Source: Pseudomonadota bacterium
GTDB lineage: Bacteria > Pseudomonadota > Alphaproteobacteria > Rhizobiales > Xanthobacteraceae
Direction: 5' to 3'
DNA: 34,974 bases
NCBI GenBank assembly: GCA_021823875.1
Contig: JAKAMD010000001.1
Span: 1-34,974 of the forward strand
The notes under the pieces were generated by a model. That model ran no database searches, had not been told where the DNA came from, and was given only the letters and a program-made list of their open reading frames with translations. Below, piece after piece: positions 10,137 through 20,121 of the stretch. The translations under genes were made by a program, and so were the position numbers. How positions within the stretch are numbered: the stretch's first letter is position 1; each line of letters opens with the position of its first letter.

Positions 10137-10757
10137 ATGACCGACCAGACCGCACGCCCGGCCACGGAGGCGCCCACCGAGGCCGAAAACGCTACGGTCC
10201 CGCCGGAAGGGCAGCAGGCGGCCGCACCGGCAACGCCGCCCGATCCGCTCGCCGAGGCCCAGCGCGAAGCGACCGAATTCAAGGACAAGCTGCTGCGCAC
10301 ACTGGCCGAGATGGAGAACCTGCGGAAACGCACCGCACGCGAGATCGCCGATGCGCGCACCTACAGCATCACCGGCTTCGCCCGCGAGGTGCTGGCGGTG
10401 GCCGACAACATGCAGCGTGCGCTCGACGCGGTGGGGCCGGAGCTGCGCGAGAGCGGCGATGCCAAGGTGAAGTCGCTGATCGAAGGTGTCGAACTGACCG
10501 AGCGCGAATTGCTCAAGGCGCTGGAGAAGCACGGCGTGAAGAAGTTCTCGCCGGAAGGCCAGAAGTTCGATCCCAATGTGCATCAGGCCATGTTCGAAAT
10601 GGAGCATCCCGAACTGCCGCCTGGTCATGTCGCGCTGGTCATGCAGGCCGGCTACATGCTCGGCGATCGCGTGCTGCGTCCGGCCATGGTCGGCGTGGTG
10701 AAGGCGCCACCGAAGCCGCAACCGGCTTCTGCCAACGGCAACGCGAGCGATGCCTGA
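10137..10757 (+). CDS. grpE: Nucleotide exchange factor GrpE
   Basis: [19 protein letters not shown] and GY....RVLRPAMV.V motifs; follows hrcA. Confidence 0.97.
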   Translation: MTDQTARPATEAPTEAENATVPPEGQQAAAPATPPDPLAEAQREATEFKDKLLRTLAEMENLRKRTAREIADARTYSITGFAREVLAVADNMQRALDAVGPELRESGDAKVKSLIEGVELTERELLKALEKHGVKKFSPEGQKFDPNVHQAMFEMEHPELPPGHVALVMQAGYMLGDRVLRPAMVGVVKAPPKPQPASANGNASDA

Positions 10758-10805
10758 GCGGCCGCGATCCGGCTAGCTTGAATTTGTCGCAAGCCCGCTT
10801 TCTCG

Positions 10806-10965
10806 ATTGGAACGAGTCTCGAATGAATGCGAAATCGTCGTGCCAAACGGCGCGCGATCGCGAATGCCGTCAGCGCGTTAAAAGCGATCCCTTCATTGGA
10901 ATAATTTGAAGACGCTTTCGCCGGCGCCAATTTGCCCACCGAAGTTACATTGGACTAATTACAAG
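10806..10965. promoter_or_regulatory. Three Irr/ICE-like boxes
   Basis: ATTGGAACGAGTCTCGA (10806), ATTGGAATAATTTGAAG (10895) and ATTGGACTAATTACAAG (10949). Each matches TTTRGAAYNRTTCYAAA at 13/17 positions by manual count. Confidence 0.5.
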
Positions 10966-10974
10966 TTATTGATT
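10962..10974 (-). promoter_or_regulatory. IHF-binding consensus site
   Basis: Reverse complement AATCAATAACTTG fits WATCAANNNNTTR exactly. It lies just upstream of a TTGACG -35-like hexamer at 10990. Confidence 0.5.
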
Positions 10975-11049
10975 TTTCGTCGTTTTTCGTTGACGGCGGG
11001 ATTTTACCACATCAATCCTGCGGCTCGTTTCGTTGCCGCGGGAGAGATC

Positions 11050-11322
11050 ATGTCAATGTCCAGTATCATCCGCGTGCGATTTGATGCGCGTATCGCGAAA
11101 GTATGTTCGGCGATTTTTGCGCTCGGGATCATTGTCATTGCGACGCCGTCTGCGCAGGCCGACGTCGCTTACCGACGGCGCCCAAAACTACAAGCCTTGC
11201 AAGCCGCCCGAATCAAGTCGCGCCGCGGTTGGGAAGCGGCCGAGCGCTGGCCGCTGTTCAATCCGGCAGCGCATAACGCGCATTTCGTTGCGCTGAAACG
11301 CCTCGTCGAACTGGCGAAATAA
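11050..11322 (+). pseudogene. Probable decayed EfeO/EfeM (imelysin-like) iron-binding protein remnant
   Basis: GGAGAG RBS and a signal peptide ending A-Q-A. TSLTDGAQNYKP continues in a shifted frame (11162-11197), then QAARIKSRRGWEAAE-WP-LF in the original frame. These resemble fragments of the EfeO M75 domain recalled from memory. The ORF is far too short for an intact protein. Confidence 0.45.
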
Positions 11323-11372
11323 GCCACTTTCCCGGACGGAAGTAATGGTAATAGTGACAAGAAAGGGACGTC

Positions 11373-12755
11373 ATGCGGGGCGTTAAGCATAGTCGGAGCG
11401 CGGGGTGTTTTGTCCTGGCCTTGGCCGCTGCGGCAGGCGTCTGTGCCAGCGGCGCGCGGGCGGCGGACAAGCCGCTGTCGATCTGGGGCCAGCCGACGCT
11501 AACCGGCGATTGGGGCGGCGCCCGCACCGCACTGAAGGACAAGGGCGTTGACGTCTCGCTCAATTACATCGGCGAAGTCTTCGGCGTGCTGTCGGGCGGC
11601 GTCGAGTGGCGTTCGAGTTACGAAGGCCGGTTGGAATTCTCCGTCGACACCGATCTCGAAAAGCTGATTGGCTGGAAGGGCGGCACCACCCATCTTACGG
11701 TCTTCCAGATCCACAACAGCGGTCACGACGTCGTCGAGAACGCCGGCAGCATTTCCGATCCCAGCAATATCGACGCGCTGCCGACCACGCGGCTGTTCAC
11801 CGCCTGGTTCGAACAAAACATCAATGACCGTGTCTCGCTGCGCCTCGGCCAACTCGCCGCCGATGACGAGTTCATCGGCAGCCCGACCGCTGGCGGCTTG
11901 CTCAACGGCACCTTCGGCTGGGCCGACGTGCTTGCCGCCAATATGACCAATGGCGGGCCGGCCTATCCGCTCGCCACGCCGGGCGCGCGGCTCGCAGTCA
12001 AACCGACCGATGAATTGACAGTGCTGACCGCGGTCTTTTCCGGCGATCCCGCCGGCCAGGACTGCTCCGGCGATTCGCAGAGGTGCAATCGGCACGGCAC
12101 CAGCTTCAGCTTTGCCGGTGGCGCGCTGTGGATGGGCGAAATGCAATACGCCATCAATCAGGGCAAGGGCGCTATCGGACTGCCGGGCGTCTACAAGCTC
12201 GGTGGCTGGTACGCGACCACGGATTTTGCCGATCAGCATTACGGCATTGATGGTACGGGCGCACGTGTTTCGCTCGGGGTCGATCCGGGCGCCGATCCGG
12301 TTCAGCATCGCGGCAACTGGGGCATCTACGGCGTCGCCGACCAGATGGTGTTGCGCGCCGGCGAGCGCAGCCTCAATCTGTTTCTGCGCGGCGGTCTGGC
12401 GCCGGCCGATCGCAATTTGATCTCCTATTATGTGGACGGTGGCGCTGGCTTCACCGGCCTGCTGCCCGAACGCCCCCATGATGTGCTCACTTTCGGCGTC
12501 GCATATGCCAAGGTCAGCCGTGATGCGGTCGCTGCAGATCAGGATGCGTTTGCAGTGGCGCTGCTCCATCCGATCCGCGATTACGAGCTGGTACTTGAAG
12601 TGAGCTATGCGGCGCAGATCGCGCGCTGGTGGACCATACAGCCTGACTTGCAGGTGATCGTGCACCCGGGTGGCCATGTAGCCGACCCGAACGATGTGAC
12701 GAAAACGGTCGATACTGCTGTGATCGCCGGTATCCGCAGCACCATCAAATTCTAA
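11373..12755 (+). CDS. OprB-family (carbohydrate-selective) outer-membrane porin
   Basis: Signal peptide; LTGDWGG.R..L...G, RL...W.EQ, G....D.EF, P.YP...PG and IQPDLQ...HPGG motifs; C-terminal Phe. Confidence 0.92.
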   Translation: MRGVKHSRSAGCFVLALAAAAGVCASGARAADKPLSIWGQPTLTGDWGGARTALKDKGVDVSLNYIGEVFGVLSGGVEWRSSYEGRLEFSVDTDLEKLIGWKGGTTHLTVFQIHNSGHDVVENAGSISDPSNIDALPTTRLFTAWFEQNINDRVSLRLGQLAADDEFIGSPTAGGLLNGTFGWADVLAANMTNGGPAYPLATPGARLAVKPTDELTVLTAVFSGDPAGQDCSGDSQRCNRHGTSFSFAGGALWMGEMQYAINQGKGAIGLPGVYKLGGWYATTDFADQHYGIDGTGARVSLGVDPGADPVQHRGNWGIYGVADQMVLRAGERSLNLFLRGGLAPADRNLISYYVDGGAGFTGLLPERPHDVLTFGVAYAKVSRDAVAADQDAFAVALLHPIRDYELVLEVSYAAQIARWWTIQPDLQVIVHPGGHVADPNDVTKTVDTAVIAGIRSTIKF

Positions 12756-12762
12756 ACCACTC

Positions 12763-13716
12763 TCACTTCAACTCGATGCCGTCACGCAGTTCGCGGAAGC
12801 GGTTGAACACTGCATCGAATTCCGTTTTGGGAGCGATGGCGACGATACGCAGGAAGCCGCCGCCAGTGCCGGCAAAGCGCAGCCACTGCACCAGCGCGAT
12901 CGGCTCGCCCTTGGGACCAACGGCGTCCGCCCTGATTTCGTAGCCGGGCCAGCCGCCGATGCGCATCGATTCCCCCGAGGTTAGCTTCAGATCGCGCAGC
13001 GGTGCGCGGATGACCAGATCGCGCGCGAAACGGCCGCGATCGGCCACTTGTTCGGGCGCGCCGCGCCCAATGCTGATGATCGCGTAGGGCCGCTCGCCGC
13101 GATCCGCGCTTTCGTCGTCGGCGACCACAACACCATCCGGCGATACCCTGACCACATGGAAGCCCGCCATGGCGGTGAGCTTGAATGGCAGCAGCCCCAG
13201 CAGTTCCTGTAGCGGCACTTTACGGAAAGTGACACTCGCCAGCATCTTGCGCACGGCTGCGTCGGGATAGAGCGTGCGCGCCGCTTCCGGCACATCGACG
13301 CGGATCAGCGCTGTGAGGTTGGGCACGGCGACAGCGGCGGCGCTGGCGACCAGGAACCAGCGCTGCGTGGGGATGCCGTTGTCCCGGGCTTTGCCGCTGA
13401 CCAGCATGCCGACGCCGCTGGCGAAGATGAAGCTCTCGTGTTTCGCGTCGGTCAGGCCCTGCTGGTTCTGGGCGATGGCCGAGCGCATGATCTTGTCGTA
13501 GGCGGCCGACGGCAGCTCCAGGATGGTAACCGCGACATGGTGCTCGCTGTCCTCGAAACCGGGAAAGCGCCGGCTCGGGATGAGATCGCCGGTCGGCTCG
13601 AGCCCTACACGAAGCCCGGGCGGAAACACCGTGGTTGCTGCGGCGCTGGCGTCAAGTGCCAGCAAGCCAAACACTGTGATGGCGGCCGCAGCGCAAAATG
13701 TGCGGAACATGATCAC
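12763..13716 (-). CDS. Secreted/periplasmic hypothetical protein
   Basis: 317 aa with a signal peptide and coding-like composition. Motifs VFPPGLRVGL.P, LVQWLRF and FR.LRDGI resemble an uncharacterised rhizobial family. Confidence 0.8.
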   Translation of the reverse strand: MIMFRTFCAAAAITVFGLLALDASAAATTVFPPGLRVGLEPTGDLIPSRRFPGFEDSEHHVAVTILELPSAAYDKIMRSAIAQNQQGLTDAKHESFIFASGVGMLVSGKARDNGIPTQRWFLVASAAAVAVPNLTALIRVDVPEAARTLYPDAAVRKMLASVTFRKVPLQELLGLLPFKLTAMAGFHVVRVSPDGVVVADDESADRGERPYAIISIGRGAPEQVADRGRFARDLVIRAPLRDLKLTSGESMRIGGWPGYEIRADAVGPKGEPIALVQWLRFAGTGGGFLRIVAIAPKTEFDAVFNRFRELRDGIELK

Positions 13717-13844
13717 CTTCTAACCAACGAGAGCGGCAGGCTGGCACCCTGCCGGCCGATTTGGACTTCTTTCGGACCTTGGTTCATTGCGGCAGCTGGA
13801 ATGAATTTATACGCCCTGCGCTGCCGCGCCGCGACTGTTGTCGC

Positions 13845-14582
13845 TCAGAAAATTCCCGGAATCAGGCGGTAATGCACGCGCGCAGCGAATGCCTGGTAAC
13901 CGGGGTCCTGCGTGAGCACGCGCTCTTCCCGAAGGATGCGCACGATCTGCATCGTCAGCGCCATCGCATAGAAGAGGGCATTCATGGCCGAAGGCATTGC
14001 CAGCAGGAAGCCGACATGCGTCGTGGTGTAGCCCGCATACATGGGATGACGCAGGAACCGGTACGGACCCATGACCTTGACGCCGCGATTGGCGGCGACG
14101 ATGCCAAAGGAGCGCCCGAGCACCAGTTTCGCGGCAATTTGGAGCAAGATGCCCGCGCTCATCAAGCTCAAGCAAACGACGACGGGGACAAGTGGCGTGA
14201 CATCGGCTGGCCCCACCAGCATCGGAAATATGGTCCCCAGGATTCCGAAACACCAGTCCGTTGGCCATTGCGACAGCGTGACTGAAGGCGCGCGCAAGAC
14301 GATATAGACGAATGGCAGCGTCTCGCTGACGATCAATAAGAGCAGGATGATCCGGGGTGTGTCGGAAGCGCCCGTGAGCATGCGAAAGGCGAAGCTGAAG
14401 AACACCGCGGCAACGAACAGGCGCTCGCACAGACCGAGCATCAGTGCCTTGGGTGTCAGTCCCTCTGTTCCCGGACCGGCGATCCGCCAGGCGGCGCCCC
14501 ACTCGGCGATCGCGTGTTTTGCTCGCGCAACCAAGCCACGCTCGCGAGCGGCGGGCAGGATCGGATCCCTATTTGAATCCAT
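13845..14582 (-). CDS. Isoprenylcysteine carboxylmethyltransferase (ICMT/PEMT) family membrane methyltransferase
   Basis: Multiple TM segments; LGRSFGI..ANRGV, GPYRFLRHPMYAGY, RI..EER.L..DP.Y and RLIPGIF motifs. Start uncertain. Confidence 0.9.
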   Translation of the reverse strand: MDSNRDPILPAARERGLVARAKHAIAEWGAAWRIAGPGTEGLTPKALMLGLCERLFVAAVFFSFAFRMLTGASDTPRIILLLLIVSETLPFVYIVLRAPSVTLSQWPTDWCFGILGTIFPMLVGPADVTPLVPVVVCLSLMSAGILLQIAAKLVLGRSFGIVAANRGVKVMGPYRFLRHPMYAGYTTTHVGFLLAMPSAMNALFYAMALTMQIVRILREERVLTQDPGYQAFAARVHYRLIPGIF

Positions 14583-14658
14583 CGACAGCAGGGCCTTTGT
14601 GGTGTTGCGCCTATCCGTGCCGTTGCGTGAACGCGCGTGAACCTTAAAGTCCCGCGCC

Positions 14659-14673
14659 TTACCGCTAAGTTAA
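14659..14673. promoter_or_regulatory. CtrA-like box
   Basis: TTAC-CGCTAAG-TTAA, one mismatch to TTAA-N7-TTAA, in an AT-rich divergent spacer. Confidence 0.45.
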
Positions 14674-14970
14674 GGTGATAAATCGGCTTGTATTGGCTCT
14701 GCGATGGCATCGTCGTATCCATTAAATTTGGCCGACGATTTGAGCTTTCTATCGGTCGCGCCGCGGGGGAAAGAGCCTGTTAATGCGGCCCCGATAAATT
14801 TATCAGGAATTATCGATGAGAGGCTGGGCATCACAATGCTAGGCGTGGCCGACGATCGGTCCCTAGTGGTTGTTCTAAGGATCCAATTCCAGCAGGTCGA
14901 CGCCTATGTACCATCGTGACGGACCGGCCAACGCGATCTGTGCCGTCGAGGGCAGCGCGCCGCTCGTGTC

Positions 14971-16512
14971 ATGCCGCACGAGCTGTCGGCCCTCACCATG
15001 AAATCGCTCTCACTCTCATCCGGCGCTGAACGGCTGTCGCTGCCGCGATGGCTGCCGCTGCTTCTCATCGTTGGAATCGCGATCGCTATTCGATCCGTCG
15101 TCCTGACCAATCTCGATGAGAGCTGGGGTCTCACAATGGCGGAAAAAGTTCTCGATGGGCAGCGGCTTTATGTCGATATCTTCGAGATCAATCCGCCCGC
15201 CACCATGTTCCTCTATATCGTGCCGGCGCTTTTGGGGCGGCTGTCGGGGCTGCCGGCGGAAATTTTCGTCGATACTCTGGTATTCCTGGCGTCGGGATTG
15301 AGCCTATGGCTTGCGAGCCGAATTCTGCAGCGCGCCGGTACGGCTGATGACGACGACTGGACGTTGATCAGCGTGACTACGGCCGCGCTCTTGATCCTGC
15401 CGGCGCATGCTTTCGGCGAGCGTGAGCACATCGCACTGATCGCGTTCATTCCAATTCTCGCGGTCGCGGCCGTGCGCGCGCAGGGAAAGACGCCGGACTG
15501 GTCGATGGCGATCGTCGCCGGTATCGGTGGCGGTATCACCGCAATAATCAAGCCACATTTTGCTGTGCCGATCATTTGCGCAGCGACGGTCGCCGCGGTG
15601 CAGGTGCGATCCTGGCGTCCCATTTTTGCGTTGGAAAACTGGATCGCGGCATTCATGCTTGCCGCCTATGCCATACTGGTCGTCGTTGCTTATCCGCAGT
15701 TCATCTCCGACATCTTGCCGATTGTGTTGGCGGTCTATGTGCCGCTCCGGCTGCCGCTGCCGACTTTGCTCGTCGATGTCGCCGTGCCCCTTTGGGTGGC
15801 CTCGGTCGTGCTGATCGCGCTGCTCAAATGGCGTACCTTGTTGGCACCCGCCTATTCAGTGCTGCTTGCGGCGTCGACCGGATTCCTGTTGGCCTTTTTG
15901 GCGCAGGGGAAGGGCTGGGCCTATCAATCTTATCCGATGCTGGCGCTTATTCTGATCGCGCTCGCCATCGCCGTCATAGAACAATGGCGGCGGAAGCACG
16001 ACTACGCCGCGGCCGGCCGCTCGGCGCGGCTTACCAGCGGATTGGCGACCAGCTTGATCGTCGGGCTGACCGTTTCCTGGATGAACGTAACAGTCGATCC
16101 CACAGCGGCCGCAGCGACGGTACGCACGATCAAACCGCATCCCAAGATTATGGCGTTCTCGAGCTTCCTATGGACCGGTTTTCCACTGACGCGCATGGTG
16201 GAAGGGATATGGGTCGGCCGTTTTCAATTTCTCTGGATCACGGGCGGAGTGCAGTACCTGCGTCAGCACGAGCCGCTCGATCCGGCCATTGCCCGCCGGC
16301 TTGATGCTTATGTCGCGCGGGAGAAAGCCATGGTTACCGAGGACATTGCCCGCCAAAGGCCGGACGTGATCCTGGTCGACCGCCTGGACCGGCGGATCGA
16401 TTGGATGGCTTGGGCCAATTCCTATCCGCCGCTGGCCGCCGAGATGCGCCATTACAGTCCATACCGCTTGGTTGACGGGATCGAAATCCTGCGCCGGGGC
16501 GCGGACGATTAA
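14971..16512 (+). CDS. Polytopic membrane protein, GT-C glycosyltransferase-like
   Basis: About 11-12 hydrophobic segments, acidic first loop (N.DESW...LY.DIFEINPP), FGEREH, IKPHF and QGKGW.Y motifs, and a soluble C-terminal domain with RPDVILVD. Start at 14971 or 14998. Confidence 0.75.
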   Translation: MPHELSALTMKSLSLSSGAERLSLPRWLPLLLIVGIAIAIRSVVLTNLDESWGLTMAEKVLDGQRLYVDIFEINPPATMFLYIVPALLGRLSGLPAEIFVDTLVFLASGLSLWLASRILQRAGTADDDDWTLISVTTAALLILPAHAFGEREHIALIAFIPILAVAAVRAQGKTPDWSMAIVAGIGGGITAIIKPHFAVPIICAATVAAVQVRSWRPIFALENWIAAFMLAAYAILVVVAYPQFISDILPIVLAVYVPLRLPLPTLLVDVAVPLWVASVVLIALLKWRTLLAPAYSVLLAASTGFLLAFLAQGKGWAYQSYPMLALILIALAIAVIEQWRRKHDYAAAGRSARLTSGLATSLIVGLTVSWMNVTVDPTAAAATVRTIKPHPKIMAFSSFLWTGFPLTRMVEGIWVGRFQFLWITGGVQYLRQHEPLDPAIARRLDAYVAREKAMVTEDIARQRPDVILVDRLDRRIDWMAWANSYPPLAAEMRHYSPYRLVDGIEILRRGADD

Positions 16513-16595
16513 CCCTCTCGAAAGCCTCCCGGTGTCTCTGCCTTTGGCGTGGGCCGGTTCCCGGGGGGCCCGCTCGCGATTTCGTGAGCGGCCCG

Positions 16596-16623
16596 CTTGC
16601 GGGCAGTGGGGACCCTCCTATAT
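16596..16623 (+). promoter_or_regulatory. RpoH (sigma32) promoter of dnaK
   Basis: CTTG-N17-CCTATAT, the alphaproteobacterial heat-shock consensus, ~135 nt upstream of dnaK. Confidence 0.85.
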
Positions 16624-16758
16624 GAGCCTTAAGCCGCGTAAATGCGGTGAATCGCGTATCCAGGGGGTTGGATCAGGGGGGTCTGCGGAGGAGCCGCGGA
16701 TGACCCCGCGGGGCGCTCATCGGCCCGTCCGGCCTGCCGCAAATCGAGAGGAACAACT

Positions 16759-18675
<1,917 letters not shown>

Positions 18676-18718
18676 ACTGGTTGCCGGCGCTATGACGGCG
18701 GCGCAAGGCATGAGCATC

Positions 18719-18859
18719 GTCGCCTCCGGGCTTGACCAAGCAAGTCGGATTTATCCGACTTGCTCTGGTTTAGACCGGCCGAACTCGGGTAAACCCGAGT
18801 TCGGATGGGTCCATCTTTTTCGCAAGATGATGGATGGCCGGGTCATGTCCGGCCATGAC
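18719..18859. repeat. REP-like element (GTCAT..CCGG..GGCCATGAC class) with a nested double-hairpin element
   Basis: Outer ends GTCGCCTCCGGGCTTGACC and GATGGATGGCCGGGTCATGTCCGGCCATGAC match the 20738 element. Inside are two perfect 12-bp inverted repeats at 18739-18764 and 18779-18804. Confidence 0.8.
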
Positions 18860-18886
18860 CATTTGAAGCACTAGGACCAAGCTGGC

Positions 18887-20041
18887 ATGTCCAAACGCGA
18901 CTATTACGAGGTCCTGGGCGTTTCGCGCGATTGCAGCGAGGCCGATCTTAAGACCGCCTTCCGCAAGCTCGCCATGAAGCATCATCCGGATCGCAATCCG
19001 GGCGACACCGAGTGCGAGCACAAATTCAAGGAAATCAACGAGGCCTATGACGTGCTCAAGGACGGCGACAAGCGCGCCGCCTATGACCGTTTCGGCCACG
19101 CCGCTTTCGAGCACGGCGGCATGGGCGCCGGCGGGGCTGGATTCGGCGCCGATTTCGGCTCCGCCTTCGCCGATATTTTCGAGGGCATATTCGGAATGGG
19201 CGGCGGCCGCGGCGGCCGCGCCTCCGGCCGCGAGCGCGGCTCGGATCTCCGCTACAACATGGAGATCAGCCTGGAGGAGGCCTTCGAAGGCAAGACCGCG
19301 CAGATCCGCATCCCGACCTCGGTCACCTGCGAAGCTTGCTCCGGTACCGGCGCCAAGCCCGGCACCAAGCCGAAGACATGCTCGACTTGCGGCGGTGCCG
19401 GCCGTGTCCGCCATGCGCAAGGCTTCTTCACGCTGGAGCGTACCTGCCCGGCCTGTCAGGGCCGCGGCCAAGTGATCGACGATCCTTGTCCGAACTGCTC
19501 GGGCGCCGGACGGGTGACGCGCGAGCGTACGCTCTCGGTCAACATTCCGGCCGGGGTCGAAGACGGTACCCGCATCCGGCTGGCCGGCGAGGGCGAGGCG
19601 GGCCTACGCGGCGGTCCGGCTGGCGACCTCTATATTTTTCTTGCCATCACCCCCCACGAGTTCTTCCAGCGCGACGGCGCCGACCTGCATTGCCGTGTGC
19701 CGATTTCCATGGTGACGGCGGCTCTCGGCGGCGAGTTCGAGGTACCAGCGATCGACGGCAGTAAGGCGCGGGTCAAGGTGCCCGGCGGCACCCAGACCGG
19801 CCGCCGCTTCCGCCTCTCGGCCAAGGGTATGCCGGTGCTGCGGGCCAAGCAGACCGGCGACATGTACGTCCAGGTTGTAGTTGAGACGCCGCAGAATTTG
19901 ACCAAACGCCAACGCGAGCTGCTGGCTGAATTCGAAAAGCTCTCGTCCGAGACTACGCAGCCGGAATCCGCCGGATTCTTCAGTCGGGTCAAGGACTTTC
20001 TCGATGGTCTGGCGAATCCCGGCGGCAGCCATTCCGGTTAA
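18887..20041 (+). CDS. dnaJ: Chaperone DnaJ
   Basis: J-domain with HPD, G/F-rich region and four CxxCxGxG zinc-finger repeats. Confidence 0.99.
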   Translation: MSKRDYYEVLGVSRDCSEADLKTAFRKLAMKHHPDRNPGDTECEHKFKEINEAYDVLKDGDKRAAYDRFGHAAFEHGGMGAGGAGFGADFGSAFADIFEGIFGMGGGRGGRASGRERGSDLRYNMEISLEEAFEGKTAQIRIPTSVTCEACSGTGAKPGTKPKTCSTCGGAGRVRHAQGFFTLERTCPACQGRGQVIDDPCPNCSGAGRVTRERTLSVNIPAGVEDGTRIRLAGEGEAGLRGGPAGDLYIFLAITPHEFFQRDGADLHCRVPISMVTAALGGEFEVPAIDGSKARVKVPGGTQTGRRFRLSAKGMPVLRAKQTGDMYVQVVVETPQNLTKRQRELLAEFEKLSSETTQPESAGFFSRVKDFLDGLANPGGSHSG

Positions 20042-20121
20042 TCGCTTGACCCCTCGCCCGCCGAGTTATACCCGTGGTGGCGAGCGGGCGAAGACCCGCC
20101 CGTACAATTGAACCGGCATCT

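Noticed and set aside
11162-11260. Possible cytochrome c remnant (YKPCKP)
   Set aside because: No CxxCH motif in the frames examined; the EfeO-like reading explains more of the sequence and fits the context.
14704-14919. 71-aa ORF in the divergent spacer, considered as a possible pilin or small protein
   Set aside because: No RBS, atypical codon usage, no Flp G/xxxxEY motif, and it overlaps regulatory-looking motifs.
18739-18804. Two similar palindromes that might suggest a mini-CRISPR
   Set aside because: Only two units, not identical direct repeats, a 14-nt spacer and no cas genes. Better explained as a miniature palindromic element.
20045-20072. CTTGAC...TTATAC promoter-like motif before pmtA
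   Set aside because: The spacer is about 15 nt, shorter than the usual 17; not supportable without TSS data.
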